A stretch of 64,000 nucleotides of DNA from Bacillota bacterium (GCA_050952085.1 JBMNKH010000004.1:309583-373582); one strand, 5' to 3'. Shown: positions 39,912 to 50,344, counted from the stretch's first letter. Translations and numbers: made by a program. The notes: a model not told the origin generated them from the sequence alone.

Positions 39912-41543
39912 TTGTCCTACACGGCCCTGTACCGCACCTGGCGTCCCAACAAATGGGAAGATGTGGTTAACCAAAAGCCGGTAATCAAAATCCTGCAAAA
40001 CGCACTTACAGAAAACAAAGTGTCCCACGCTTACCTGTTTTCAGGGCCGAGAGGAACGGGCAAGACCACAGTAGCCAGACTACTTGCAAAATCAGTCAAC
40101 TGCAGCAACCTCCAAGGTTCCGAGCCTTGTAACGGCTGTGAGGCATGTGAAGCGATTTCCGCCGGCAGTTCGGTAGACGTAATGGAAATAGACGCCGCAT
40201 CAAACAGGGGCATTGATGAGATGCGGAGCCTCAGGGAGAGCGTAAGGTACTTGCCTGTAATGGGCAGGTTCAAGGTGTATATAATCGACGAAGTCCACAT
40301 GCTTACCCAGGAAGCCTTCAACGCTTTGCTCAAAACCCTGGAAGAACCCCCGTCCCATGTGATTTTCATCCTCGCTACCACTGCGGCACACAAGATCCCG
40401 GTAACCATCACATCCAGGTGCCAGAGGCTGGAGTTCAGGCGGCTTTCTATTAGGGACATAGAAGGCAGGTTGGAGCAAATCCTGGCATTTCAAGACGCCC
40501 AGTGGGAGGAAGGTGCCCTCACGCTCATAGCCAGGGCTGCTGAGGGTTCCATGCGCGACGCCTTATCTGTGCTGGATCTGTGCCTGGCTTACGGTGACGG
40601 CAAGGTGCTTGAAGCAGATGTCCGGGAGATCCTGGGTGCAGCCGCGTCTGAAATAATGGATGAACTCTTCAGTGCTATTGCTGCAAGAAACGTCAAGACC
40701 ATCCTCAGCATCACCAAAGATTGTTCAGAGCGGGGCAAAGACATGGGCGAGCTGTGCCAGGAGATAGGCGCATATGCCCGTGACCTGCTTCTCGTGGCAT
40801 CAGGCGCTAATACAGCCGACCTGGGGAGGACCCGGCAGGAAGTCGCGAACATGTCTGTTCTTGCCCAAACCCTGTCTGAAGACATGTTGATAAGGGTTCT
40901 GAAAGCCATGTCTGGTGCAGTTTCCGAAATGAGAAACAGCGATAATCCCAGGCTTGTAGTGGATATGAATTTGTTGGGATTGCTGCTTGAGGACGAGGCT
41001 GCCGGGACGGGTGAGATGGCGACAGGCACGATAGTAAGCAAGATGTCTGCCAAAGCTGAACGCCAAGTTCAGGACACAAGCCAGGACACAAAGCCGCCCC
41101 GTGAGCCTTTCGTATCTGGCGATACCGCTGATACGAGTGCTTTAAGTATAGGCCCGGAAACGCGTGAATCCCTGTCCGGAACTGCAGGGCAGTCTGAGAA
41201 TGTTAAACACATATGGGACTCATTGCTTGAGCAACTGCAGAAAGACAGGAAAATCCAGGCGAGAGCTTACCTGTTGCCTGCCCGCCCCTTGAGGGTGGAT
41301 GATGACAGACTACTCGTCCTGGGCTATCCCCAAGGGTATGCTACCCACATGGAACAAATCCTTTCTCAGCCACATAAGCAGGTAGTGCAGGAATATCTTG
41401 AGAAATTGACCAAACGCAAGATGAATATCAGGGTCGAGGTGCTAGATAACGAGAACGGTAACGGCGGCAACGGCGGAACAGGTGAGGAATTGCATCCCCT
41501 GGTCAAAGCTGCAATAACTATACTGGATGGCAAGGTTACTTAG
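39912..41543 (+). CDS. dnaX: DNA polymerase III subunit gamma/tau
   Basis: GPRGTGKTT, CNGCEAC, EIDAASNRG, IIDEVHML, SRC. Confidence 0.96.
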   Translation: MSYTALYRTWRPNKWEDVVNQKPVIKILQNALTENKVSHAYLFSGPRGTGKTTVARLLAKSVNCSNLQGSEPCNGCEACEAISAGSSVDVMEIDAASNRGIDEMRSLRESVRYLPVMGRFKVYIIDEVHMLTQEAFNALLKTLEEPPSHVIFILATTAAHKIPVTITSRCQRLEFRRLSIRDIEGRLEQILAFQDAQWEEGALTLIARAAEGSMRDALSVLDLCLAYGDGKVLEADVREILGAAASEIMDELFSAIAARNVKTILSITKDCSERGKDMGELCQEIGAYARDLLLVASGANTADLGRTRQEVANMSVLAQTLSEDMLIRVLKAMSGAVSEMRNSDNPRLVVDMNLLGLLLEDEAAGTGEMATGTIVSKMSAKAERQVQDTSQDTKPPREPFVSGDTADTSALSIGPETRESLSGTAGQSENVKHIWDSLLEQLQKDRKIQARAYLLPARPLRVDDDRLLVLGYPQGYATHMEQILSQPHKQVVQEYLEKLTKRKMNIRVEVLDNENGNGGNGGTGEELHPLVKAAITILDGKVT

Positions 41544-41558
41544 GAAGGAGAGCTTCTT

Positions 41559-41894
41559 ATGCCAAGATTCCCAGGGCCCGGCGGGTTCGACATGCAAAGG
41601 TTAATGAGAGAGGCACAAAAGCTTCAAGCGGAGATGAAGAGGATAGAAGAAGAGCTGGCTAACAAAGAGATTGAAGGCACTTCAGGCGGTGGAATGGTTA
41701 AAGCCACTGTAACATGCGGGCTTGAGGTGAGGGCCATTGAGATAGATCCTGAAGTGGTGGATCCTGACGACATAGAGATGCTGCAAGATCTGGTAGTCGC
41801 TGCAGTGAATGCAGCCATCACCGAAGCAAGGAAGGTCAGCGAGGAAGAGATGTCCAAGGTGACCGGCGGCATGAATATGCCTTTCAAATGGTGA
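41559..41894 (+). CDS. ybaB: YbaB/EbfC nucleoid-associated protein
   Basis: GTSGGGMVKATV, DIEMLQDLVVAAVNAA. Confidence 0.95.
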   Translation: MPRFPGPGGFDMQRLMREAQKLQAEMKRIEEELANKEIEGTSGGGMVKATVTCGLEVRAIEIDPEVVDPDDIEMLQDLVVAAVNAAITEARKVSEEEMSKVTGGMNMPFKW

Positions 41895-41898
41895 TCCC

Positions 41899-42504
41899 AT
41901 GCAAGCTTATCCCAAAGCGATTTCCGGGTTAATAGACGAGCTGCGAAAGCTGCCCGGAATCGGGCCTAAGACAGCGCAGCGCCTGGCATTTCATCTGGTT
42001 GTTTCCGGGAAATCATCTATCAACCAGCTCATTGACAGTCTGGCTGAAGTGAGGGACACAATCGGGTATTGTTCTGTATGCGGCAACCTCACCGATGTTG
42101 ACCCATGCGGGGTTTGCCAGGACCCTCAGAGAGACGCTTCCACCATATGCGTTGTAGGTTACCCCAAAGACGTGCTGGCCATAGAAAGGGTTGGCGGATA
42201 CCAGGGCATGTTTCACGTGCTCCATGGGTATATAGAGCCTCTCAAGGGGGTTGGCCCTGACGACATCAGGGTGAAAGAACTCATCGCCAGGGTGAAACAC
42301 AATAACCATCAAGTTAAGGAAGTCATTCTGGCTACAAACCCTGACATTGATGGGGAAACCACTGCCCTCTACCTGGCCAGGGCGCTTAAGCCCCTGGGCG
42401 TCAAGGTAACCAGGCTTGCAAGGGGACTTCCCTTCGGTGCTGACCTGGATTATGCCGATGAAGTCACCTTGGCCAGGGCACTTGAGGGGCGTAGTGAGAT
42501 ATAA
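41899..42504 (+). CDS. recR: Recombination mediator RecR
   Basis: LPGIGPKTAQRLA, CSVCG..CGVC, TOPRIM EVILATNP. Confidence 0.97.
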   Translation: MQAYPKAISGLIDELRKLPGIGPKTAQRLAFHLVVSGKSSINQLIDSLAEVRDTIGYCSVCGNLTDVDPCGVCQDPQRDASTICVVGYPKDVLAIERVGGYQGMFHVLHGYIEPLKGVGPDDIRVKELIARVKHNNHQVKEVILATNPDIDGETTALYLARALKPLGVKVTRLARGLPFGADLDYADEVTLARALEGRSEI

Positions 42505-42623
42505 CCGTTAACATACCTAAGATGCCCAGGCTCCAAGAGCAGATTGCAAATGGCTTGGCTATGGACAACCTCGGACAAATTTGGCGTGTCGACTGGAGAA
42601 CTACATAATGGGAGATTGTTAGT

Positions 42624-42776
42624 ATGCCTCTTTTCAAGATATGAAATGGTAAGGCAAAGAAGCTAAGTCTCAAGGGCTTGAAAAAGGAAAAGGACCTTCA
42701 GAGATTTGTCGAAGCAAACTGTGATGAGCTATTAGGAGTGCGCTTTATTGTCTCGACAAACTCTGTGAGTCTATAG
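42624..42776 (+). pseudogene. Remnant of a NucS/DUF91-like (DUF5655-associated) nuclease gene
   Basis: Manual translation after GGAG RBS: MPLFKI*NGKAKKLSLKGLKKEKDLQRFVEANCDELLGVRFIVS; internal TGA; family call from recalled N-terminal pattern only. Confidence 0.45.
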
Positions 42777-42878
42777 ATACCGGCAATACAAGCAGTGCTT
42801 TACGCAACCCGTGTCTGAATGGATCCCTCTGGCCACACTTCTCTTGGTGTTCACCATGTCAGTAAGGGGAGAGTCTAT

Positions 42879-43634
42879 ATGAACAACAAATATACAGACA
42901 TAAACTCCAAGGTCATTGATAAATGGGTAGAAGAAGGCTGGGAGTGGGGACAGCCTATCAGTCATGAGGTTTTCGAAAAAGCAAAGAACGGCGATTGGTA
43001 TGTGCTGTTAACACCTACAAAACCCGTCCCAAGGCATTGGTTTTGCGAAATGAAAGGCGCTGAAATATTAGGCCTGGCGTCCGGCGGCGGCCAGCAAATG
43101 CCCATATTTTCCGCGTTAGGTGCAAACTGCACTGTAATGGACTATTCAGAAATGCAGCTACTCAGGGAAAAAGAAGTCGCAAAAAGGGAAAACTATGAAA
43201 TTCTACTGGTGAAGGCAGACATGACAGAACCTTTCCCTTTTGAAGATGAATCCTTCGATCTCATTTTTCACCCCGTCTCCAATTGCTACGTTGAAGATGT
43301 TTTCCCCGTTTGGAAGGAATGCTACAGGGTGCTCAGAAAAGGTGGCATTCTCTTGGCCGGTCTGGATAATGGCATTAATTACGCATTTGATGATGAAGGC
43401 AAGACGCTTATCTGTAAACTGCCATATAACCCGTTGAAAGACAGACAACTGTACGAAGAGGCCACAAAGAATGATTGGGGGATTCAGTTTTCCCACACCA
43501 TCGAAGAACAAATCGGAGGACAGCTGAGGGCAGGCTTTGTCCTTACAGATATATACCAAGACACAAACGGCCAAGGCGGGCTTCATGAATTCAACATCCC
43601 CAGTTTCTATGCGACAAGGGCAGTCAAGCCGTAG
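42879..43634 (+). CDS. Class I SAM-dependent methyltransferase
   Basis: LGLASGGGQQ motif I, DMTEPFPFEDESFDLIFHPVS; AT-richer than flanks. Confidence 0.88.
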   Translation: MNNKYTDINSKVIDKWVEEGWEWGQPISHEVFEKAKNGDWYVLLTPTKPVPRHWFCEMKGAEILGLASGGGQQMPIFSALGANCTVMDYSEMQLLREKEVAKRENYEILLVKADMTEPFPFEDESFDLIFHPVSNCYVEDVFPVWKECYRVLRKGGILLAGLDNGINYAFDDEGKTLICKLPYNPLKDRQLYEEATKNDWGIQFSHTIEEQIGGQLRAGFVLTDIYQDTNGQGGLHEFNIPSFYATRAVKP

Positions 43635-43658
43635 GATTTCATGAGGCGGGAAGTGAAA

Positions 43659-43757
43659 ATGGAAGACTATGATGTGGTGAAAAATAATTTTGATGAAATA
43701 GCGGAACTCAATGACCCCAAATGGAACCATAAACTCAAGAGAGGCTTGACGGTGTAG
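43659..43757 (+). pseudogene. 5' stub of a gene (possibly a second methyltransferase) fused to the oppA remnant
   Basis: RBS plus MEDYDVVKNNFDEIAELNDPKWNH, then abrupt transition into oppA-derived sequence near 43733. Confidence 0.4.
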
Positions 43758-44914
43758 CAGATCATACTGAAGGGCTAAAAGTGATCGATGATTACACAGT
43801 TGAGATAACTCTTGAGACCAGTTTTGCCCCATTCCCGGCTGGCTTGGCTGTTCCCGGCTGTTCAATCTATAACCGCGAAGCAACAGAAGCCAAAGGAACT
43901 GACTCCGGTCTGGAACCTGCCGGAACCGGCCCATTTAAGCTGGTCAAATGGGATTACAACAACGAAATAGTCTTGGAGGCTCATGACGACTACTGGAACG
44001 GCAGAGCCAAGCTGGACGGGATAACAATCAAGATTGTCCCGGACGCAGAGACCCAGAGAATGATGTTTGAAAATGGCGAACTCGATGTTTTTGACCTGGA
44101 TAGCGCAAGGTCACAGATTCCTTACTTCAGAGACAACCCCAACTACAAAATCGAGGACGGCCTTAGGGTAGGAACTTATTATCTGTGTCTGAACCAGGAC
44201 ATGGAACCTTTCAACAACATAAACGAAAGAAGAGCCATTCAATACGCGATTGACAGGGAACTGCTTCTCGAGACCCTGTACTACGGAACCGGTGTCCCGG
44301 CAAAAGGCATACTAGGCATGGGTCTCGCTGGATACAACCCTGATCTGCCCGGGTTCGAATTTGATCCTGACAAAGCAAAGGCCCTTCTTGAAGAGGCTGG
44401 ATACGCTCCTGGTGAATGTCAACTCGAGATCTGGCAGACAGTTGATAGTCCCCAGACTCTAGCTTTCAACGAAACGCTTCAAGCCATGTTGGCCGATGTG
44501 GGCATTTCCGTTACAATCAAGCAGGTAGACAGCGCCTCCTTCTATGCCATTAGGGGCGAGGGAGAAGTCCCGATGTACTTCTCGAGCTGGTCTGCCGACT
44601 TTAACGATCCCGACAACTTCTTGTACACGTTCTTTGGAGCCCAGAATCCCAAGTCAAGGTCTTTCAACTACTGGGATGAGGAAGTCAGAGGTATTTTGGA
44701 ACAATGCCGTCAGATAAGCGATCCTGAAGAGCGTTACCGTCTGTATCAAGAAGCTGAATACAAGATCGTATATGAAGATGCCGCTTGGGTTCCGCTGTTC
44801 CACCTGAAACACCTATTCGTGGTTCAACCTTGGGTCAACAATTTCCAAGTATCATGGAACGGCTGGTCCAGCATGTCCTATTACAGCATCGATATTGATA
44901 CGAATCTAAAGTAA
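43733..44914 (+). pseudogene. N-terminally truncated peptide ABC substrate-binding protein (OppA/DppA-like)
   Basis: Frame opens after TAA at 43730-32 with QERLDGVADHTEGLKVIDDYTVEITL; GTGPFKL, WSADFNDPDNF; no signal peptide or N-terminal region. Confidence 0.8.
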
Positions 44915-45002
44915 GTTAGCAGCTTAGGGCTACCTCAGGCAATATATAGCGGTTTATCCGGTGTCCTGAGGTAGCCCCATGTATTCAGCGGGGGTGAGGA
45001 AG

Positions 45003-45503
45003 ATGGGACGCTTTATTATTAACCGTTTGTTGTGGGCAATCCCAGTTTTCATTGGTGTTACGGCATTAACCTTTTTCTTGTTGAACGTCGTGCCTTCTTT
45101 GATTATGCCGGCATTGGTATTGGGATGGAGTTCAGCCGCCTCTATTAGCAGGCTTACTCGTTCAAGCCTTCTTGAAGCCATCCAGATGGATTATATAAGG
45201 ACTGCAAGGGCCAAAGGCTTGAGAGAAAGACTTGTCTTGACCAAACATGCGCTCAAGAATGCTATGCTGCCTGTAGTTACGATTATGGCTCTGCAAATCG
45301 CAGGCTTGTTATCAGGAACGGTCATTACAGAGAGCGTTTTCGGGATTCCCGGAGTCGGCCGTATTTCCGCCGGCGCCATTCAAAACCGGGACATGCCTTT
45401 GCTCCAGGGCAGCGTCATTTTTGTGACAATATTAGTAATCCTGGGAAATCTGGTGGCAGACATTTCTTACGGACTGCTTGATCCAGGAATCCGGTATGAA
45501 TGA
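45003..45503 (+). pseudogene. OppB/DppB permease with large in-frame internal deletion
   Basis: N-terminus (RLLWAIPVFIGVTALTFFLLNVVP) joined directly to LIMPALVLG...TARAKGL; only 166 aa. Confidence 0.8.
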
Positions 45504-45515
45504 AGGTGAAAGTAC

Positions 45516-46419
45516 ATGAGTGATGAAAGGGAACGCATTCAGATTACAGCAGAGGAATATGACGACGATGGAGTAATCGACCGCACCATGCTGCAAGAAG
45601 TATGGTTCCGGTTTAGGCGAAGTAAGCTTGGAATGGCAGGTGCAATCGGAGTACTGATAATGATCGCCGTGCCCTACTTGCACCTGTAATATCACCTCAC
45701 GATCCTTATCATGTGGATCTGCACAAACAGTTTCTCCCTCCTTCACGGGAGTATTTGTTTGGTACCGATTTTTATGGCAGAGACGTGCTAAGCAGAGTTA
45801 TTTACGGAAGCCGGATCTCACTATTAATCGGTCTAATACCCAGTTTTATATCAATGTTCATTGGCACTATAATGGGATTGCTGTCGGGTTATTACGGCAA
45901 GTGGGTTGACACTCTCATAATGCGCTTGGTAGACATTCTCCTTGCTTTTCCCTCTTTGCTTTTAGCCATGGTTATCATATATACTCTTGGCGCTTCACTA
46001 GCCAACCTGTTCATCGCTTTGGCAGTGGTCGGCTGGGCAAGAGCGGCAAGAGTAGTCAGGTCCCAAACGCTATCCCTGAAAGAACAAGACTTTGTTCAAG
46101 CCGCCAAAGCTATAGGAGTCAAGGACTGGACCATCCTGATAAGACATATATTGCCTAACTGTCTTGCTCCCTTAATCGTACTCCTTACTATGGGGATTCC
46201 TTCGGCAATTATGTGGAAGCAGGGTTGAGTTTTCTAGGCGTCGGAGCGCAGCCACCTACTCCCAGTTGGGGACTTATGGTTTCCGCTGCTAAAGAATACC
46301 TGTTTACAGCTCCCTGGAATGCCGTATTTCCAGGATTGGCGATTTTGTTCACTGTGCTTTCTTTTAACTTCCTAGGTGACGGGCTCCGCGATGCTTTGGA
46401 TCCGTTTATGAAGCGTTAG
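45516..46419 (+). pseudogene. OppC/DppC permease with two frameshifts
   Basis: VWFRFRRSKLG frame breaks near 45672; GTDFYGRDVLSR frame breaks near 46213 before EAGLSFLG. Confidence 0.85.
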
Positions 46420-46445
46420 AACTATGCTGAGAGGAAGAGGGTCAC

Positions 46446-47471
46446 ATGGAAGAACTTTTGCGAGTAGAAAACTTGAGCGCCAGCTTTGCCGCAGACTATG
46501 GAGAAGTCACAGCAGTTGACGGTGTAAGCTTTTCCATCTCACGAGGCGCCACTTTGGGCCTGGTCGGTGAATCAGGTTGCGGCAAATCTGTTACCGCCTT
46601 ATCGATAATGGGCCTTTTAGCCAAGACCGCCATTATCGAGTCGGGGAAGATCATGTTTAGGGGCGAGAACCTTCTGGAAAAAAGTGTTGATGAGATGTGC
46701 GATATCAGGGGAAATCGTATCTCCATGATATTCCAAGAACCAATGACTTCCCTAAATCCTGTGCTTACTATAGGAAACCAGCTGATGGAAGCGATTACGA
46801 CTCACCAAGACGTGTCTTCCGAATAAGCTCGCGAAGAAGCTCTAAAGATGCTGTTGCTGGTTGGCATAACAGACGTGGAGTCAAGAATGAATGCATATCC
46901 TCATCAGCTATCCGGAGGAATCCGGCAACGCGTCATGATTGCCATGGCTTTGGCACGCAAGCCCGAATTGGTAATAGCAGATGAGCCTAGTACTGCTTTG
47001 GACGTGACTATTCAGGCCCAAATATTGAGACTCATCCGCGACATTCAAAACAAGAGTAATATGGCTATGCTAATGATTACCCATGACTTAGGCGTAATAG
47101 CTGAAGTGGCAGACGAAGTATGTGTAATGTACGCCGGGCAAATCGTTGAACGTGCTGACGTGTTTACTCTCTTTGAGAAGCCCCTGCACCCATATACCAT
47201 AGGATTGTTGAGAGCCAGGCCGTACATTGTAATAGGACAGGAGAAACCAAGACGGCTGGACGCTATTCCTGGAACCGTGCCAAGCATGATAAAGGTACCT
47301 CCGGGATGCCGGTTTGCACCCAGGTGTGAACATGCCAAAGACATCTGTCGTACTACTTCCCCGTCTTTGATGCACATGGGCCAAGGCCATTATGCCAAGT
47401 GTCATATGATGTCTGAAAATACTTCTGCGATAGGCGGTGTTAAACAACATATGTACGCACAAGGAACCTGA
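46446..47471 (+). pseudogene. OppD/DppD ATPase with in-frame nonsense codon
   Basis: GESGCGKS, premature TAA at 46824-26, same frame resumes with [25 protein letters not shown]. Confidence 0.85.
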
Positions 47472-47538
47472 AGAAGTAGAAGTCGGTGCAGGCCATACCG
47501 TGATGTGCCATATGGCCGAAACAGCAATTGCTGTGTAA
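47449..47538 (+). pseudogene. C-terminal remnant of OppF/DppF ATPase
   Basis: Manual translation ICTHKEPEEVEVGAGHTVMCHMAETAIAV* matches the C..P...H.V.CH tail of these ATPases; the rest is missing. Confidence 0.65.
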
Positions 47539-47566
47539 CCTGATGGTCGCTGCATAACCTGGTAAG

Positions 47567-47596
47567 AAGAAGGCGGTTCCGGGCAACCGCCTTCTT
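47567..47596. terminator. Bidirectional intrinsic terminator
   Basis: AAGAAGGCGGTT-CCGGGC-AACCGCCTTCTT, 12-bp stem between convergent genes. Confidence 0.8.
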
Positions 47597-47598
47597 AT

Positions 47599-48471
47599 CT
47601 ACAGTTCTTGCTCAGGTTCGACATGGGCTATCACTTGTGAATTGGCACAGAATCTTGCCCTGATAGCATCTTCAATATCGTGGACTAGTCTATGTGCGCT
47701 TTCAACATCCAGTCTTGGGTCGACTGTTATGTGTAAGTCAATGTTCAGATTATTCCTGCTGCCCCTGCTTCTGATGTTATGAACATTCTTGACATCTTCA
47801 AACCCCATTACAACCTCTCGTATTTCTTCTGAATCCACAGCCACACCGTCAACCAGCACATCGCTGGTCTCCTTGAAAATCTCATAACCTGCATGAAGGA
47901 TAAAGCCGGCTACTACTAATGACACAATAGGGTCGATGATGGGGGGGAGCCCTAACCTAATGCCTGTCAGAGTTGCCAAGACCCCTGATGATACGTAAAT
48001 GTCACTTCTCGTGTGCATTGAATCTGAAATAAGAATCGGACTGTCGAGTTCTTTCCCCTTCCTATATTCCACAACACAGACAACGATATTGATGACCAGT
48101 GTAGCAACTAGCAATATGAGGCTTTCGGTTGAGATTTCGGGAACGATTGGCTCTTTGAATCTCTCAATTGCCCCCAAGACAACCTTTCCGCCGGCAAACA
48201 GAAGCATGATTGAAATGAACAAGCCTGCCAACGTTTCAAACTTGTTGTGTCCGTAAGGATGTTCATCATCTTCAGGCTGGGAAGCAAAATGAGCACCGAT
48301 TAACCCAACAATGTTAGAAAAACCGTCTGAAAGCGAATGAAAGCCGTCAGCAGTCATGCTCGCACTCTGAATAACTGAGCCCGCAATGATTTTTGTACCG
48401 GCTATCAGCAGATTGGCCAGTAAGATGACGAGGAGCACTTGTTGCACTTTCCTGTAATTGACCTTTCCCAC
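47599..48471 (-). CDS. Cation diffusion facilitator (CDF) transporter
   Basis: ADGFHSLSD, DDEHPYGHNKFE, SDSMHTRSD, C-terminal AHVEP; GTG start after GGAGG. Confidence 0.92.
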   Translation of the reverse strand: MGKVNYRKVQQVLLVILLANLLIAGTKIIAGSVIQSASMTADGFHSLSDGFSNIVGLIGAHFASQPEDDEHPYGHNKFETLAGLFISIMLLFAGGKVVLGAIERFKEPIVPEISTESLILLVATLVINIVVCVVEYRKGKELDSPILISDSMHTRSDIYVSSGVLATLTGIRLGLPPIIDPIVSLVVAGFILHAGYEIFKETSDVLVDGVAVDSEEIREVVMGFEDVKNVHNIRSRGSRNNLNIDLHITVDPRLDVESAHRLVHDIEDAIRARFCANSQVIAHVEPEQEL

Positions 48472-48596
48472 ACTAATGCCTCCCATCATCATTATAAGAA
48501 ATCCGCGTGGAACAAGATACTACCCGGCTATCAGGCGCGTCTTAGCCCGGCCCTAGCCTTGAGAACGGCCTTTTCCTTGAGTTGGGCCCAATATGT

Positions 48597-48622
48597 ATAA
48601 AATTACCACCCCAATCCCATAC
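48597..48622 (+). promoter_or_regulatory. Putative SigE-like promoter of yaaL-bofA
   Basis: ATA-18 nt-CATAC. Confidence 0.3.
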
Positions 48623-48685
48623 TGGAAATAGTATCAAATGTAATCGATGCTGCGTACACATATGAATGTGGGGGCGACCAGGCGG

Positions 48686-48934
48686 ATGCAACTGTTTGAC
48701 TTGTTCTCAAGAAAGCAAGAAGGCCAGGATAACGAAATGGCCCAATTGCTAAGAGCCCTTAGGCAAGCCCAAAAGGACTACGACGTGGCGGCGTCCTGTT
48801 TTAGGGAAGCCACAGAAGCGGACAGGGTTGACGAAGCTATCTTCCTGATGGAAGCAGCCAGGAAGAAATACTCCTATTACCTCAGAAAACTCCGGGAGTA
48901 CACGGCGCAGAACGACCAAAGCATGTGCCAGTAA
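48686..48934 (+). CDS. yaaL: YaaL-family (DUF2508) protein
   Basis: A..F.EATEADRVDEAIFLMEAARKKYSYYLRK pattern; next to bofA. Confidence 0.8.
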   Translation: MQLFDLFSRKQEGQDNEMAQLLRALRQAQKDYDVAASCFREATEADRVDEAIFLMEAARKKYSYYLRKLREYTAQNDQSMCQ

Positions 48935-49005
48935 CTTCGCCGACAGGCTGATTTCCCAGAATACAATCCTGCTCACATTCATAGGCATTTCTTGGAGGGA
49001 TTTTC

Positions 49006-49266
49006 TTGGATCTCAGCTTAGCTTTAGGTTTTGCTGTGGCCTTGTTGACCGTATATGTCATACTCAGGCTGCTTGCCGGCCGCCTCAAACATCTTGGCAA
49101 GGTGGCGCTTAGATCCCTGGTTGCGTTTTTCGGGATATGGGCGGTGAACATAGCCGGGGGATTTTTCGGGTTTCGCATAGGCCTCAACCTGGTTACTGCC
49201 CTTACCGTAGGCATCCTGGGAGTTCCGGGAGCGCTGCTGCTCCTTGCAGTCAAGTACTTCATCTGA
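49006..49266 (+). CDS. bofA: Pro-sigmaK processing inhibitor BofA
   Basis: IGLNLVTALTVGILGVPG motif; small hydrophobic protein. Confidence 0.88.
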   Translation: MDLSLALGFAVALLTVYVILRLLAGRLKHLGKVALRSLVAFFGIWAVNIAGGFFGFRIGLNLVTALTVGILGVPGALLLLAVKYFI

Positions 49267-49351
49267 CCTGGCCCTTTGATTGGTTTGCAGCATAGGGACC
49301 CGGGAAGACTGAAACACGGAGCGGCACGCAATGAGGTCCTGGATCAGGCGG

Positions 49352-50086
49352 CTAAGGCAAGTAATAATTGGGATCTACCGCGCGGCCTCCGATTTCCACT
49401 TCAAAGTGGCAATGAGGGCCTGTGGCATTCCCTGATTCCCCGACGTAACCGATGATTTCGCCCCTGGTTACCTTCTGCCCTGAGGAAACCACATACCTGG
49501 ACAGGTGCCCGTACTTGCTGCGGTATCCTTCCCCGTGGCTTATGATGATAATTCTCCCGTATCCTTCTGACCATCCTGTGAATTCAACCGTCCCGGCTGC
49601 AACAGACCTAACCGGTGTACCGGACCGGGCTGCTATGTCAATCCCGTTGTGAAACTGCCTCTTTCCTGTAATGGGATGTGTCCTCCAACCAAAGGCATCT
49701 GTGACTTTGCCTTCCACAGGCCATATAAATGAAAGGGCTCTCGACTCGGATTCATCTGCCCTGGTACGGCTAGCACGCAGCAAACCGAGAAGGTCATCGT
49801 ATTCTTTTGCTTCGTTAACGGCAATGTTTTCGCTGAGATCTTGACCGGGGTCAGGCAGGAGGAACATCACTTCCGCGGCAGGCAGCTCCGGTGAAACAGC
49901 AGGTTTATCCAATCCGGCCACGGCGGCGGAGGATTGGATGGCCAGTTGGGAGTGGACCCCGGCGCTCATGCCTGCTACCAAACAAAAAAGCGCCAAGAGC
50001 GGCCGCCAAGACCTTCTCATCCTGAATATGTAGACAGTTTCGTGGCTCTGCCTCCGGTCCATAAATGGCAACACTCTCCTGTCCAT
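49352..50086 (-). CDS. Secreted M23 metallopeptidase
   Basis: Signal/TM region, HNGID and GPHCH motifs. Confidence 0.85.
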   Translation of the reverse strand: MDRRVLPFMDRRQSHETVYIFRMRRSWRPLLALFCLVAGMSAGVHSQLAIQSSAAVAGLDKPAVSPELPAAEVMFLLPDPGQDLSENIAVNEAKEYDDLLGLLRASRTRADESESRALSFIWPVEGKVTDAFGWRTHPITGKRQFHNGIDIAARSGTPVRSVAAGTVEFTGWSEGYGRIIIISHGEGYRSKYGHLSRYVVSSGQKVTRGEIIGYVGESGNATGPHCHFEVEIGGRAVDPNYYLP

Positions 50087-50156
50087 ATAATATTTACCTG
50101 TTTGGGGAAATTATAATAACAAGTTATCTATGGCATTAATTAGCGTCAAGGAGATT

Positions 50157-50184
50157 GCAGGATATCCAAACCAACAGAGGGAAT
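50157..50184 (+). promoter_or_regulatory. Putative SigH promoter (distal)
   Basis: GCAGGATAT-12 nt-AGGGAAT. Confidence 0.45.
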
Positions 50185-50344
50185 CAAGAGGCAGAAAGGA
50201 TTGATATCCCAACCCTATCATTTATAATCGATTATGTATTCTAGTCAGGCTCTTAAGATAGAACCAACGCTTTAGACCCATGTAAGGACCTGCAGCTTGT
50301 GTCTGTTTTGAACGAGTCTGCATAATATGCCTTACGTTAACCGG

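Noticed and set aside
42209-42224. parS-like TGTTTCACGTGCTCCA in recR
   Set aside because: Three mismatches break the palindrome and the sequence is explained by the conserved RecR FHVLH codons.
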